This document shows, piece by piece, positions 10,507 to 20,513 of a stretch of 64,000 nt of DNA. Each line of letters starts with the position of its first letter. Position 1 is the stretch's first letter. Both the position numbers and the translations under genes were made by a program. The notes beneath the pieces are model-generated. The model did not search any database. It saw nothing but the letters and a program-made list of their open reading frames with translations, and had not been told where the DNA came from. The stretch is taken from the NCBI GenBank assembly GCA_029838195.1, contig JALGVJ010000004.1, positions 128,001 to 192,000 on the forward strand, given 5' to 3'. The DNA is from Promethearchaeota archaeon (GTDB taxonomy: Archaea > Asgardarchaeota > Lokiarchaeia > Sigyniarchaeales > SOKP01).

Positions 10507-11157
10507 ATGGGAATTAAAAAAAAGCTTTTTCCCCGTAAAGCAAAAGAAAAGGATTCACTTGTCGCAAAGGCAAAATCCCATATTCATAGAATGGAATTAG
10601 CATCTCGAAATTTCCAAAAACGAGCCGAGATCAGCCGCCAAAATGCAAAAATTGCATTAAAGCGGGGTGAAAAAGAACGGGCGAAAGCATATTTAATCCA
10701 ATACAAGAACTATCAGAAAAAAATTGACCGCATGAATAATATTCGCACTAAAATAGAGAATTCCCTGCATGCAATCGAAGAAGGGCAAATGATTTCACAA
10801 ACCGGCGATCTTTTTGGTGGAATACGCGATACGTTAAAAGAAATCACAATAAAAGCTTCTCCTGAAAGAGTAGCCGAAATCGCCGAAGATTCTGAACAAT
10901 ATATAGCAGAAATAGAAGAATCAGCGGAAATTTTGGGAGGAGATTTAGAAGTTGACCTGGGAATTAGCGTGGATGATGAGCTAAATGAATTAGAGACTGA
11001 AATCCTTCTTGATCAAAGTGGCGAAATGCCTTCGGCCCCCTCGGAAGAGTTGAAATATATTCCGGAATATGGAACGGAACTAGAAGATACGGAAATGGAT
11101 ACAAAAGAAAAGCTTCAGAGTGAAATAGAAAAGCTTAGGAAGGAACTTGAAGGATAA
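10507..11157 (+). CDS. Snf7-family ESCRT-III protein (Vps20/32/60-like)
   Basis: Basic helical N-half with AKIALKRGEKERAKAYL; acidic C-half with VDDELNELE, MPSAPS and a terminal amphipathic helix; 216 aa. Confidence 0.88.
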   Translation: MGIKKKLFPRKAKEKDSLVAKAKSHIHRMELASRNFQKRAEISRQNAKIALKRGEKERAKAYLIQYKNYQKKIDRMNNIRTKIENSLHAIEEGQMISQTGDLFGGIRDTLKEITIKASPERVAEIAEDSEQYIAEIEESAEILGGDLEVDLGISVDDELNELETEILLDQSGEMPSAPSEELKYIPEYGTELEDTEMDTKEKLQSEIEKLRKELEG

Positions 11158-11223
11158 TTGAGAAAAATAATTCATTTTCATATCGTTTTTTATAAACAAA
11201 AGAGAGAATTTTTCCCGCGCGAA

Positions 11224-12249
11224 CTACTTTACTTCTTTTAAGGCTTGAACCATGGAATTTAATTTTGCTATCGTTATTTTATAAGCAATCTCTTCATTAT
11301 CAAAGGCTTTTCGTAAAGCTCCAAATCCACAATCTGGTTTAATGATGAGATTTTCTTTTCCATAAAGATCAAATCCTTTTTTTATAAAAGATTTCAAAAA
11401 ATCCATGTCTTCAATGTAATCATCGATTTTTCCTCCTGGAATGGGGCTAATACTGGTTTGGATGGTGCCCATGGCTAAATATTTTCCATGCGCTTCGAGA
11501 TCTTTTTTTTGAAACACGTTAAAATTTTTAGGATTTGTTCTAAATTCGTGATCCATGATCTTAACATCCGTTTGAAGGAGCAAATTATATAATTTAGGAC
11601 TTATTCTTCCACAAACGTGAATTGAGGGAAGGTCTTTAATGCCTGATAAAGCCCGATTTAACATTTCAATAACAAACTCTTCAGAATGAAACCAAATTTT
11701 ATTTCCAACCAAGAGGCTTAATATGGGTTCATCCATAGAGATGATGTTAATTCCAAAATCACTATATGCTTTAGCTACATCTTTCATGTAATCTGCAAAT
11801 TTTTGAACGACCCAATCCACCATAATTCCTCTTGGTTCTTTAAAGATTATGGGTTTAAATCCCTTAGAAAGGGGCTCTCTTAACAGAATTTCACTAGCCA
11901 ATGTAAAAGGGCCTGTTAAGCAGGCTTTAGTTCCTTGAATTGCTTGTTCTTCGTCCGGATGGTTTTTCAGAAATTCAACAATGAAATTTCCATATTTTAA
12001 AGCCACCAACTGATCAGGTATTTTAAATTCACCAGAAAGGTAAAAGGTATCATTAATTTCTTCCAATTCAGGGATTAACCGGGAAAGCGGAGTTAAAAAT
12101 TGAGGGTTCATAGCAACCAGTTGAGGATAACAGGGATAGTCAATTCCAATATTAATTTGGTCGTGAAATGCCCTTTCCATGTTTTCCTTTGTATTAGAGA
12201 GTGGAAACGAGCCTACGACCGTTGTAAATGGTACTATTGGTTTATTCAT
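11224..12249 (-). CDS. Cobalamin-independent methionine synthase, single catalytic (core MetE-type) domain
   Basis: TTVVGSFP, LTGPFTLA, MDEP, HVCG, PDCGF Zn ligands. Confidence 0.85.
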   Translation of the reverse strand: MNKPIVPFTTVVGSFPLSNTKENMERAFHDQINIGIDYPCYPQLVAMNPQFLTPLSRLIPELEEINDTFYLSGEFKIPDQLVALKYGNFIVEFLKNHPDEEQAIQGTKACLTGPFTLASEILLREPLSKGFKPIIFKEPRGIMVDWVVQKFADYMKDVAKAYSDFGINIISMDEPILSLLVGNKIWFHSEEFVIEMLNRALSGIKDLPSIHVCGRISPKLYNLLLQTDVKIMDHEFRTNPKNFNVFQKKDLEAHGKYLAMGTIQTSISPIPGGKIDDYIEDMDFLKSFIKKGFDLYGKENLIIKPDCGFGALRKAFDNEEIAYKITIAKLNSMVQALKEVK

Positions 12250-12361
12250 GTATAACTATAATGTTTATTATAATTTAAATTAAAGTGTGGATTCATGCGT
12301 AAATGAAATAAAAAAAAAGAAATGAAGAGGAAAAAAGCAATTTAAAGAAGGACCGCTATAA

Positions 12362-14377
12362 TTAAAATTGCATCCCTTCTGAGTAGTTTGTTCTAAAATT
12401 TATTCTTCTATTTCGTTCAATAGCTTCTTTTACGGTAATGATTTCATCTTCTAAAGAAAAAATTTCTTCTTGTAAGCTCCTGTACGTCTTAAAATAATCT
12501 TGCTTGCTAAGGCTTCCTTGATCAAATTTATTTGATAATTCTTTAAGAGTTTCTCTTAATGCATATTCCTTTTTTCTCAATTCATGTAATTTTTTCACGT
12601 GTTCCATGGAACTTCTATTAAATTTTCTGACGAATGTTGATGAAGCTTCTTTTGGAGAATATTCTGGGGTAAAATATTCAGATAAATGATTTTTGCGCAA
12701 GTCTTGATAAAACGGCCCGCATTTTTCACGTTCCTGGAAAATATTTTCGGGGTTATTTTTAACATTATAATCTCTAAATTCTTGAGCATTAATATCCGGG
12801 TTGATGAAATCTTCTCTGTAAAATTCATTTGAACGAGAATAAGGAGACATGTTTTCTTGATTTCTTTTTAATTTATTTATTAGATCCTTTTTCCTCGCGA
12901 ATTCCTTATTTCTTGTCCATTTCCATGCGGGAGGGACGTAAAAATCACTATCCCACATCCATGGATCTTGTTTTTGGTTTTCGCTAGCAAATTCGGATTT
13001 CAGAGCCTCTTCTCCGGGAATTGATTCAAAATTATTTTGATAATCATTGCATGTAAAATATCTATCCCGATGAGAAATCCTCTCATTTCCAAATCCTGCC
13101 TTTTTATTAAAGAAACTATTCTTTTTAATCAGATCCTTATTATATCCATGAGCAGAATTGTTTATTTTTTCATTAAATTTGCACTTCCTGTTATAAAAAG
13201 TATTAATTGCATTTTCAATGAAATGGGAAAGGTTATTCAAGGATATGGTTATAGAATCTAATTTTTTTACCGATTCAAGATTTCTTAAAACAGTTTCATC
13301 GAACGCCCTTGCTAAAAGAATATATTCTATCACTCGTGAGACGGATTTGGGAGGAAGTGCAAATTCATAAGTTCCATAACTAAATTCTAAATAAAGTTTT
13401 TTAAAAAAAAGCCCTTTTTCTCGAATTCGATTTATATCATTTACGGGTACTTTTATGATTAATTCTTGTTTCTTTTTTATAATGCCATATTCATGAATAA
13501 ACGATAAATCATAATTAGTAATAAATAGCATGCCTCTTTTTTTATTAAAAATATCCTGCCCATTATTATTACCATTTACTAATTTTGCGGGGATTGCATA
13601 CACGGCCTTTTCATTTTCCGCTAAACTTAAAAATCGTTTATAAGCTGAAAAATATTTCTTGATTTTTTCAATAAATTGTAGCTTTTTTTCATGGGAATTA
13701 ATTCCTTCAATTATCGGAGGTATGGTTGTTTCCATGTATTCTTGAATAGAATGAAAACTTCGAGATAGATTCTCTAATATTCCTTCTATAATTTTTATAT
13801 TAGAGTTTGGCTGAGCATAGATATTGAAAAAGAATTCTTCATTTACCGATAAATGATGAAAATGAATTCTTAATTTTTCAACTACATCGTTTTTTAATCT
13901 ACTAAATGCTTGATAAAGAGAAATCAGTTCTGTTTCCATGTTCGGAAAATGATAACACTTAATAGGAGGAGCTCGTGCTTCTTTAATTTTTTGTTTTACT
14001 AAAGTCCATTTTTCTAAAACTTCTCTAAGCGGAGGAAGAAGTTCCCTGCTACGAGTGATTAATTCCAAGAATTTCTGTTCTAAACTGTCTTTTTTTTCAA
14101 AAAGATTAATAATATTCATGGAATGACATTTCGGACAAGATTTTTCTACCCGGCTGATTTTAAGTAGTTTCTCACTATGACATTCCTTACAAACCTTCTT
14201 ACCATCAATATTTTCGGGTTCCATGGTAATAGCATTACATTCTTGACAAGTAAAAAAATCCTTACGCTCTTCCTGTAAACACTCCGAGCAGAAACTTGAT
14301 CCGCATTCTTCGCAATAGTGCGTTTCTTTTACTTGTTTCTGACAGAATCTACACGTGGAGGAGATTTTTTCAGCCAT
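12362..14377 (-). CDS. Multidomain protein: Cys-rich Zn fingers, coiled coil, PH/GRAM-like domain, C-terminal steadiness-box-like hairpin
   Basis: Six CxxC pairs in the first ~85 aa; GMLFITNYDLSF...VPVNDINRI; C-terminal LSNKFDQGSLSKQDYFKTYRSLQEEIF. Confidence 0.65.
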   Translation of the reverse strand: MAEKISSTCRFCQKQVKETHYCEECGSSFCSECLQEERKDFFTCQECNAITMEPENIDGKKVCKECHSEKLLKISRVEKSCPKCHSMNIINLFEKKDSLEQKFLELITRSRELLPPLREVLEKWTLVKQKIKEARAPPIKCYHFPNMETELISLYQAFSRLKNDVVEKLRIHFHHLSVNEEFFFNIYAQPNSNIKIIEGILENLSRSFHSIQEYMETTIPPIIEGINSHEKKLQFIEKIKKYFSAYKRFLSLAENEKAVYAIPAKLVNGNNNGQDIFNKKRGMLFITNYDLSFIHEYGIIKKKQELIIKVPVNDINRIREKGLFFKKLYLEFSYGTYEFALPPKSVSRVIEYILLARAFDETVLRNLESVKKLDSITISLNNLSHFIENAINTFYNRKCKFNEKINNSAHGYNKDLIKKNSFFNKKAGFGNERISHRDRYFTCNDYQNNFESIPGEEALKSEFASENQKQDPWMWDSDFYVPPAWKWTRNKEFARKKDLINKLKRNQENMSPYSRSNEFYREDFINPDINAQEFRDYNVKNNPENIFQEREKCGPFYQDLRKNHLSEYFTPEYSPKEASSTFVRKFNRSSMEHVKKLHELRKKEYALRETLKELSNKFDQGSLSKQDYFKTYRSLQEEIFSLEDEIITVKEAIERNRRINFRTNYSEGMQF

Positions 14378-14691
14378 ATTTTTACACTTTTTTGAACACT
14401 CAAAAATTCATAAAAAATTAAAGACAGCTATATCAAAAAATTAGAATCAACTCTCTTTAATATTAATAATACATGTATATCATCAGAGAGATATTCCCCT
14501 TCGAAAATAACCAGGATGAATTTAAGAAGTTTATACTCCAACTTCTAATTTTTAATAACTCATAGCAGATATCTAAACCTCTGGGAATTCTAAACATTCA
14601 TTTTTCATGCTACATTTTGTCAAATAGGAGTTATTAATTATTCTTTAAAAAAATACATCAATAAAACAGCTTCTAATTGCTCATTAAGATA

Positions 14692-15264
14692 ATGACAATT
14701 ATTGACATGCACGTTCATTTGAGCTCACGCTCTCCTTGTTCAAATCTATCCAGCACGCAATTATTTAATTCGTTATCTCATAAAATTGATGGAATTTGCA
14801 TTACTGATCATGGCATTTTAAGTCCTATAAGAAATTTTCACGGCGAGGGTTTATTAATTTTTTATGGTGTAGAAATCACATGTTTTGAGGGAGATTTATT
14901 GGCATATGGAATTAAATTTCTGCCTCAATCTAAAAAAGCGGACCATGTCATTAACCACATACATGAAAATGGAGGCATAGCAATCTGTGCTCATCCGTAT
15001 TCAGCCCGTCATAACGCATTTGAGGATGATGTGTTTAATCATGATTTTGATGCCATTGAACTTAATGGAGGAATTAAAAAGCATGAAAATGAATTAGCAC
15101 GAAAGGCGGCTAAAATCATGGATCTTCCTTTAATTGGGGGAAGTGATGCTCATTTTCCCCATCAATTAAACACGTATGCAACGTTCTTTGATAAAAAGAT
15201 TTTAGGCCTTGGAGATTTGGTACGGGAAATAAAAGCAAAAAGATGCAGGCCCGTGAGAATTTGA
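14692..15264 (+). CDS. PHP-domain phosphoesterase (ATG at 14692 preferred over TTG at 14677)
   Basis: DMHVH, ITDH, GVEIT, AHPY, GGSDAH. Confidence 0.9.
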   Translation: MTIIDMHVHLSSRSPCSNLSSTQLFNSLSHKIDGICITDHGILSPIRNFHGEGLLIFYGVEITCFEGDLLAYGIKFLPQSKKADHVINHIHENGGIAICAHPYSARHNAFEDDVFNHDFDAIELNGGIKKHENELARKAAKIMDLPLIGGSDAHFPHQLNTYATFFDKKILGLGDLVREIKAKRCRPVRI

Positions 15265-15297
15265 GATTTTTAGAAAATACGAGCCCCTAAGAAAAAG

Positions 15298-15591
15298 TCA
15301 TTTAATGATCTTAATTTTTTGTCCAATCGCTTGCCCGGGCAATCCTGCCTTTTTAAAAAGTGCTCTCACGGCACCATTATTGCCATGAGCCCGAGTAATA
15401 ACGCCTTTCAATTCTTTTCCCGTCGGACTCTTCCACATGACAGTTCTTCCAATTAACTTTTTAGCTTCTTTTCTCGTCGTGATCTTGGGAAAAACTAAAA
15501 TATTCTGCTTGAGCTTTACGGTATGCCTGCCACGTCGATAATTTGATATGTATCCTTCCATTCCCAGCAATTCTAATTTGTTCAAAGGCAT
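15298..15591 (-). CDS. rpl35ae: 50S ribosomal protein L35Ae (eL33)
   Basis: YRRG, GVITRAHGNNGAVRALF, LPGQAIG. Confidence 0.95.
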   Translation of the reverse strand: MPLNKLELLGMEGYISNYRRGRHTVKLKQNILVFPKITTRKEAKKLIGRTVMWKSPTGKELKGVITRAHGNNGAVRALFKKAGLPGQAIGQKIKIIK

Positions 15592-15797
15592 GAGAGTAAA
15601 TTTTTCGAGCTTGTTAATTATTAAAATTATATTCTCAGAATGAGGAATAGAATTTTTTAAAAGATAAAAAATTTTAGGTTTCCGTGTTTCTTAGCTTATA
15701 TGAAAATATTTATTTTCTAAGATACAATTTTTAATTATCTATTCATGATTCAAGTTTCTGCTGAAGTTAATAACAAGGAAAAATAGGATGCATTCAA

Positions 15798-17195
15798 ATG
15801 GAACAAAAAAGAATTGACCAACAATCATTAATGTTTCCGATCAATAGTAAAGAAATAAAGGAAGCTGCGCAATTTCTCTCTGATTTGATCAAAATCAATA
15901 CTACCAATCCCCCTGGAAATGAAACCGAAGCAGCAGAATTTTGCGCACGTGTTTTAAAAGAAGAAGGATTTGAAGATGTAGAATTAATTGAATCCGCACC
16001 GGGACGCGGAAATTTAATTGTTATTTGGCATGGTACGGATCCTACTGCTAAAAGCCTCTTATTGCTTGCTCATTTGGATGTCGTGCCTGCAGATCCCTCG
16101 AATTGGGAAAAGGATCCCTTTGGAGGCGAGATCGAGGGCGAATATATATGGGGAAGAGGGAGCATGGATATAAAAAACATGGTTGTTGCTGAAGCCATGG
16201 CTTGTATCCTACTGAAGCGTCAAGGATTTCAGCCAAAAGGAACGATTAAATTAGCTTTTACGGCAGATGAAGAAAGAGGTGGGGTCATGGGGGTGGGTTA
16301 TTTAACAGAACATTATTGGGAAAAAATTAATGCCGATTACATCATAAACGAAGGCGGAGGTTTTCTCATCCCTCTTGGAAAGAATCCTAAAGATTACGTG
16401 GTTCAAACTGGGGAAAAAGGCGTCTTTCGAACTACACTTCGGGTTAGAGGAGTGGGAGGGCATGGTTCTTTTCCTATTAAAAAATCTGAAAGCGCCATGT
16501 ATAAAATGGCAAAAATATGCCAAAAAATAATTGAGTATAAATATCCCATAGAAATTACTCCGGCTATAAAGGAACTTGCAGATAAAATCTCATTACCCGG
16601 ATTTTTTAAGAAAATTCTCACTTCTAAACGGTTTCTTCGAATAGGCTTGAAAATAGCCGATAAAAAAATGCCTGTCATGAGTAAAGTCGTGCTCCCCTTC
16701 GTAATGGACGTCCTTAATCCCACCGTATTTAAAGCGAGTGAAAAAGTAAACGTGATCCCCCAGCAAGTAGAGCTCTCATTTGACGCTCGTCTCTTACCCG
16801 GTCATGACAGAGGCACCATTGAAAAGTATTTAAGAAAAGCATTAGGAAAAAAATTATTTAACGAACTTGAAATCATTCCTATTGAACCAAGTCAACCAGC
16901 AACCATGAATTCCACGGAAAATCCTTTTTGGAACACAGTGGAAGAAGTATTGAATGAAATGCATGAAGGTGCTAAAATGGTACCCATGCTAAGTTCGGGT
17001 TCGACGGATTCCAAGTACTTTCGAAGCAAGGGAGGCTATGCTCTCGGTATTTGCCCCATGAAAATAGACCCCAATATATCCTTTGGAGAGATGTTAGAAA
17101 TGGCTCATGGCAAGAATGAAAGGATTTGGATTCCGAACTTGTCATATGGACTTGAATTTTTTTATAGATTAATCAAAAAAATGAATACCTTATAA
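15798..17195 (+). CDS. M20/M25/M40 family metallohydrolase
   Basis: TTNPPGNE, AHLDVVPA, WGRGSMDIK, ADEE, NEGGG, GHGS, AHGKNERI. Confidence 0.92.
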   Translation: MEQKRIDQQSLMFPINSKEIKEAAQFLSDLIKINTTNPPGNETEAAEFCARVLKEEGFEDVELIESAPGRGNLIVIWHGTDPTAKSLLLLAHLDVVPADPSNWEKDPFGGEIEGEYIWGRGSMDIKNMVVAEAMACILLKRQGFQPKGTIKLAFTADEERGGVMGVGYLTEHYWEKINADYIINEGGGFLIPLGKNPKDYVVQTGEKGVFRTTLRVRGVGGHGSFPIKKSESAMYKMAKICQKIIEYKYPIEITPAIKELADKISLPGFFKKILTSKRFLRIGLKIADKKMPVMSKVVLPFVMDVLNPTVFKASEKVNVIPQQVELSFDARLLPGHDRGTIEKYLRKALGKKLFNELEIIPIEPSQPATMNSTENPFWNTVEEVLNEMHEGAKMVPMLSSGSTDSKYFRSKGGYALGICPMKIDPNISFGEMLEMAHGKNERIWIPNLSYGLEFFYRLIKKMNTL

Positions 17196-17267
17196 CATTT
17201 ATTTTTCATTGATTAAAAACCTAAATATATTTATACGTGTAGGATTTATTCTTGATGGTGGATTCTC

Positions 17268-18677
17268 TTGAGAGTAGCAATTGATAAGATAAAAATTACA
17301 CCAAAAAAATTAATCGGCACACCCCTGGCGGGTTATACTCGAAAAGAGCCTTGCCGGGGTAAATGGGATGATATTCACGCATATGGGGTATTAATAGAAA
17401 GTAATGGTTCTTCTTCTTCCGATCAATACCTCCTTTTACTTTCTCTCGACTTATTAAAAATCCCATTATCTTTAGCAAACTACATGAAACGACAATTGAT
17501 CAACCATTATTCTGAACTAAAAGAGGAAAACATTCTCATTCATGCTACTCACACGCACGCCGCTCCCGATCTTACTGGTGAATTTTACTGGCCGGGTGGA
17601 ACTTTAAACGTGATGAAAGGCATAATGTTTGGAGTTAATAGAAATGATAAATATTTAGTGTGGTTAACTAAAAAAATCAATCAATTGGTACAACGGTTAT
17701 TGAATAATCTAATTCCTTGTAAAATAGCATGGAAAAAAGAACAATTTAATCCAAAATTAGTAATAAATCGCCGGCATCCCACGCGTCCCGTCAAGCCCGA
17801 TTTAGGCGTCATCGTTTTCAAGCATATAGATGACGGCGATAAAATCATTGGCTTGATAGTTAACTTCGCTTGCCACCCCACCACGTTACCTCATTCGAAT
17901 AATAAATTGTCCGCTGATTATCCGGGTCGCATCGTGCAAAAGATTGAAGAATCATCCAACCAAGAAATTAAAGCCGTCTATTTCAATGGTCCCTCAGGTG
18001 ATCTTAACCCGATTACCACTTGTGGCACGGATTTTAAAGCGTTAGAAAAAGATAAATCAAAAATCTATAATCAACACGGCACCTATCAAGATACGATTCG
18101 AATTGGTTCTACGATTGCTGAACGAGCCCTCACTTTGGCTAAAAGCATCCCAGAAGAATTGTATTTCGAAGAGATTACATTTACCTCCCATTTAAAATCA
18201 ATCGAAGTACCGTTACGCGACGTGAACTATTTTTCACCCGCTTGGTATTCTAACAAACTCTATCATGTTCTGAAAAAAATATTACTCATTCCTTTAGCTC
18301 GATCACATGATGCTAATTTTCCCGCTTTCACAATTCATCATGAATTCCGGAACATTCATGCCCAAACCATTTTACAATACATCGAACTCACTGCCTCATC
18401 AAAAAAAAATTCTATACTGAAAAAATTTTCCATTTTTACGGTTCCGGGTGAATTATTCGAAGAAATTGGCTTAAACCTCCTCAAACATTCACCCTTGGGA
18501 AAGGACAATTCCTTTCTCTTCCAAAACTCTAATGATTGGATAGCATACCTATTTCCCATTCATGAATACGTGAATGTAGGAGGTTATGAACCCATTGCGA
18601 GTTTCAGCCCAATTAGCGGTGATGTCATCCATCAAGAAATGCTTTTCCTATTTAAAACTATTACTAAAACCCAATGA
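17268..18677 (+). CDS. Neutral/alkaline ceramidase-family amidohydrolase
   Basis: PLAGY, HATHTHAAP, INRR, NFACHPT, SADYPG, PGELF. Confidence 0.82.
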   Translation: MRVAIDKIKITPKKLIGTPLAGYTRKEPCRGKWDDIHAYGVLIESNGSSSSDQYLLLLSLDLLKIPLSLANYMKRQLINHYSELKEENILIHATHTHAAPDLTGEFYWPGGTLNVMKGIMFGVNRNDKYLVWLTKKINQLVQRLLNNLIPCKIAWKKEQFNPKLVINRRHPTRPVKPDLGVIVFKHIDDGDKIIGLIVNFACHPTTLPHSNNKLSADYPGRIVQKIEESSNQEIKAVYFNGPSGDLNPITTCGTDFKALEKDKSKIYNQHGTYQDTIRIGSTIAERALTLAKSIPEELYFEEITFTSHLKSIEVPLRDVNYFSPAWYSNKLYHVLKKILLIPLARSHDANFPAFTIHHEFRNIHAQTILQYIELTASSKKNSILKKFSIFTVPGELFEEIGLNLLKHSPLGKDNSFLFQNSNDWIAYLFPIHEYVNVGGYEPIASFSPISGDVIHQEMLFLFKTITKTQ

Positions 18678-18834
18678 ACCAAATCATTTACTTGATTTTA
18701 AAATAATTAAAAAAAATGCTCATGTTGACATTTTTAACGAAAAAAGAAGCTAATTCGTACTTAAAATCATGGAAATTTAAAGAAAAATAAAGAAAATAAC
18801 ATTAAGAATAAAAAAATAAAAATAGTTGGAACTT

Positions 18835-20226
18835 TTATAAGGCTTTTTGCTTTAATAATTCCTTATTCTCCACAACTTTCTTCATATCTAGCGTGTATAC
18901 CAGCGTCATCATTAAGAAACCAATGAAATAGAAAATCATGGGAATAATCACCATGAGGAATCGAATGCCAAATAAGGCTAATGCCGGTTGACTCGTTTTT
19001 CCTGGTGGCGCTCCTGCTATGTAACCCGTACTCTCATGGACCACTGCAAATAATACTCCTTGAATTATCACCGGAATTCTTCCAAAAAACGTCCGAATAC
19101 CCGTATAAATTCCTTCTTCTCTCTTTCCTGTTCTTATGACAATATCATCAATAACATCGCTAAAGCAGGGATACATCAAGACCCAAATGCACCCTATTCC
19201 AATTCCAATTATCGCTATAAATAATGCCGAGGTGAGAATATCTGTCGCAAAGTATAAGGGAATGAACAAGAAAGTCGTTACTATTGTACCGTATTGAAAT
19301 GCACGTTTGTTTCCAACCTTCTTACCGACGTAGCTCCATAGGGGAATACCTCCAACTAATACGAAAATCAAGAAAAAAGCGGATAATATGGTTTCTACTT
19401 CTGGATCAGATGAACCGATAATATATTTTGTCCAATATGGAAGTGAGCTTAACATAAAAACAGTCATTACTTGATGGCCCATGTATGTGATGACATAAGC
19501 TATAAAATTTCTATCCTTTAGGGATGTCGTTAGAGCTTCTATAAAGGAAACAGATTCACCCTTTTCTGATGCTAGCTTGAATTCCTTCTCTCTTAATTCT
19601 TCATCCTCTTTCATTCCCGGTAAGGAAAAAAATGCCATGATAAAAGCGATAATTGTCACGATAAAAATGGCCAAGATCACGGTTTCTGGCTTTCCATATT
19701 CAATAAAAAGGGGTGGGAGCAACACGCCTAAAGCGATACCAAGAACACCCCAAATGGTATTCCACATTCCCGCACTCGTTCTTTCTTCTTGGGATCGAAA
19801 CTTATCCGGAAAAAGAGCTAAATAATTTGCTTGCCAGAGGGTAAATAAACCCTCGAAAGATAAGATAGTAATGAGGAGCCATAGAAACATGCCAATTTGA
19901 GTTCGAACGGGTACTACGAATACTAAAAGATACACCCAAGTATATGATAAAGCGCCAATCACGTACCATGGATATCTTCGACCCCATTTCTTAATGAATC
20001 GCGTGCTTTTATCCGAAAGGTATCCAATGAGCGGATCATTTATCATGTTCCAAAATCCGTAAATAGAAAGCGCAATCCCGACTAATGTAATGGCGAGCAA
20101 GAGTTCATTCTCATAAAAATCAACGATTCTCACTGTAAAGGCTGCAAGCACGAAATTATCCAAGAAACCTCCAATACCATAGCTTACTCTTATTTTTGTA
20201 CTGGTTTTCATTTCAATTTTACTCAT
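18835..20226 (-). CDS. MFS transporter, GPH/MelB family
   Basis: NDPLIGYLSD...WGRRYPW; SDVIDD...REEGIY. Confidence 0.9.
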   Translation of the reverse strand: MSKIEMKTSTKIRVSYGIGGFLDNFVLAAFTVRIVDFYENELLLAITLVGIALSIYGFWNMINDPLIGYLSDKSTRFIKKWGRRYPWYVIGALSYTWVYLLVFVVPVRTQIGMFLWLLITILSFEGLFTLWQANYLALFPDKFRSQEERTSAGMWNTIWGVLGIALGVLLPPLFIEYGKPETVILAIFIVTIIAFIMAFFSLPGMKEDEELREKEFKLASEKGESVSFIEALTTSLKDRNFIAYVITYMGHQVMTVFMLSSLPYWTKYIIGSSDPEVETILSAFFLIFVLVGGIPLWSYVGKKVGNKRAFQYGTIVTTFLFIPLYFATDILTSALFIAIIGIGIGCIWVLMYPCFSDVIDDIVIRTGKREEGIYTGIRTFFGRIPVIIQGVLFAVVHESTGYIAGAPPGKTSQPALALFGIRFLMVIIPMIFYFIGFLMMTLVYTLDMKKVVENKELLKQKAL

Positions 20227-20513
20227 TTCACGAATCCTCTAAATGTTTATTTATTTTTTTGATGGATGATACATTTTTTTCATTTAACTAAACATGGTTT
20301 AAAAAAAATCAAATTTGGTATTTAATAAAAAGAAAGGGTTACTATATAAAGATAATCATTCCAAGGATAAGTTCAAAAAAACCAACTAAACTTGTCTAGA
20401 ATGTGGGTTTAGATTTACACGCAGCACTTTCATGAAATAATTTAAATAGAATTGCTCATTTTAAACATTGTTTAATTACATGTCAAAAAAAAAATTAAAA
20501 CATGAATTGAAAC

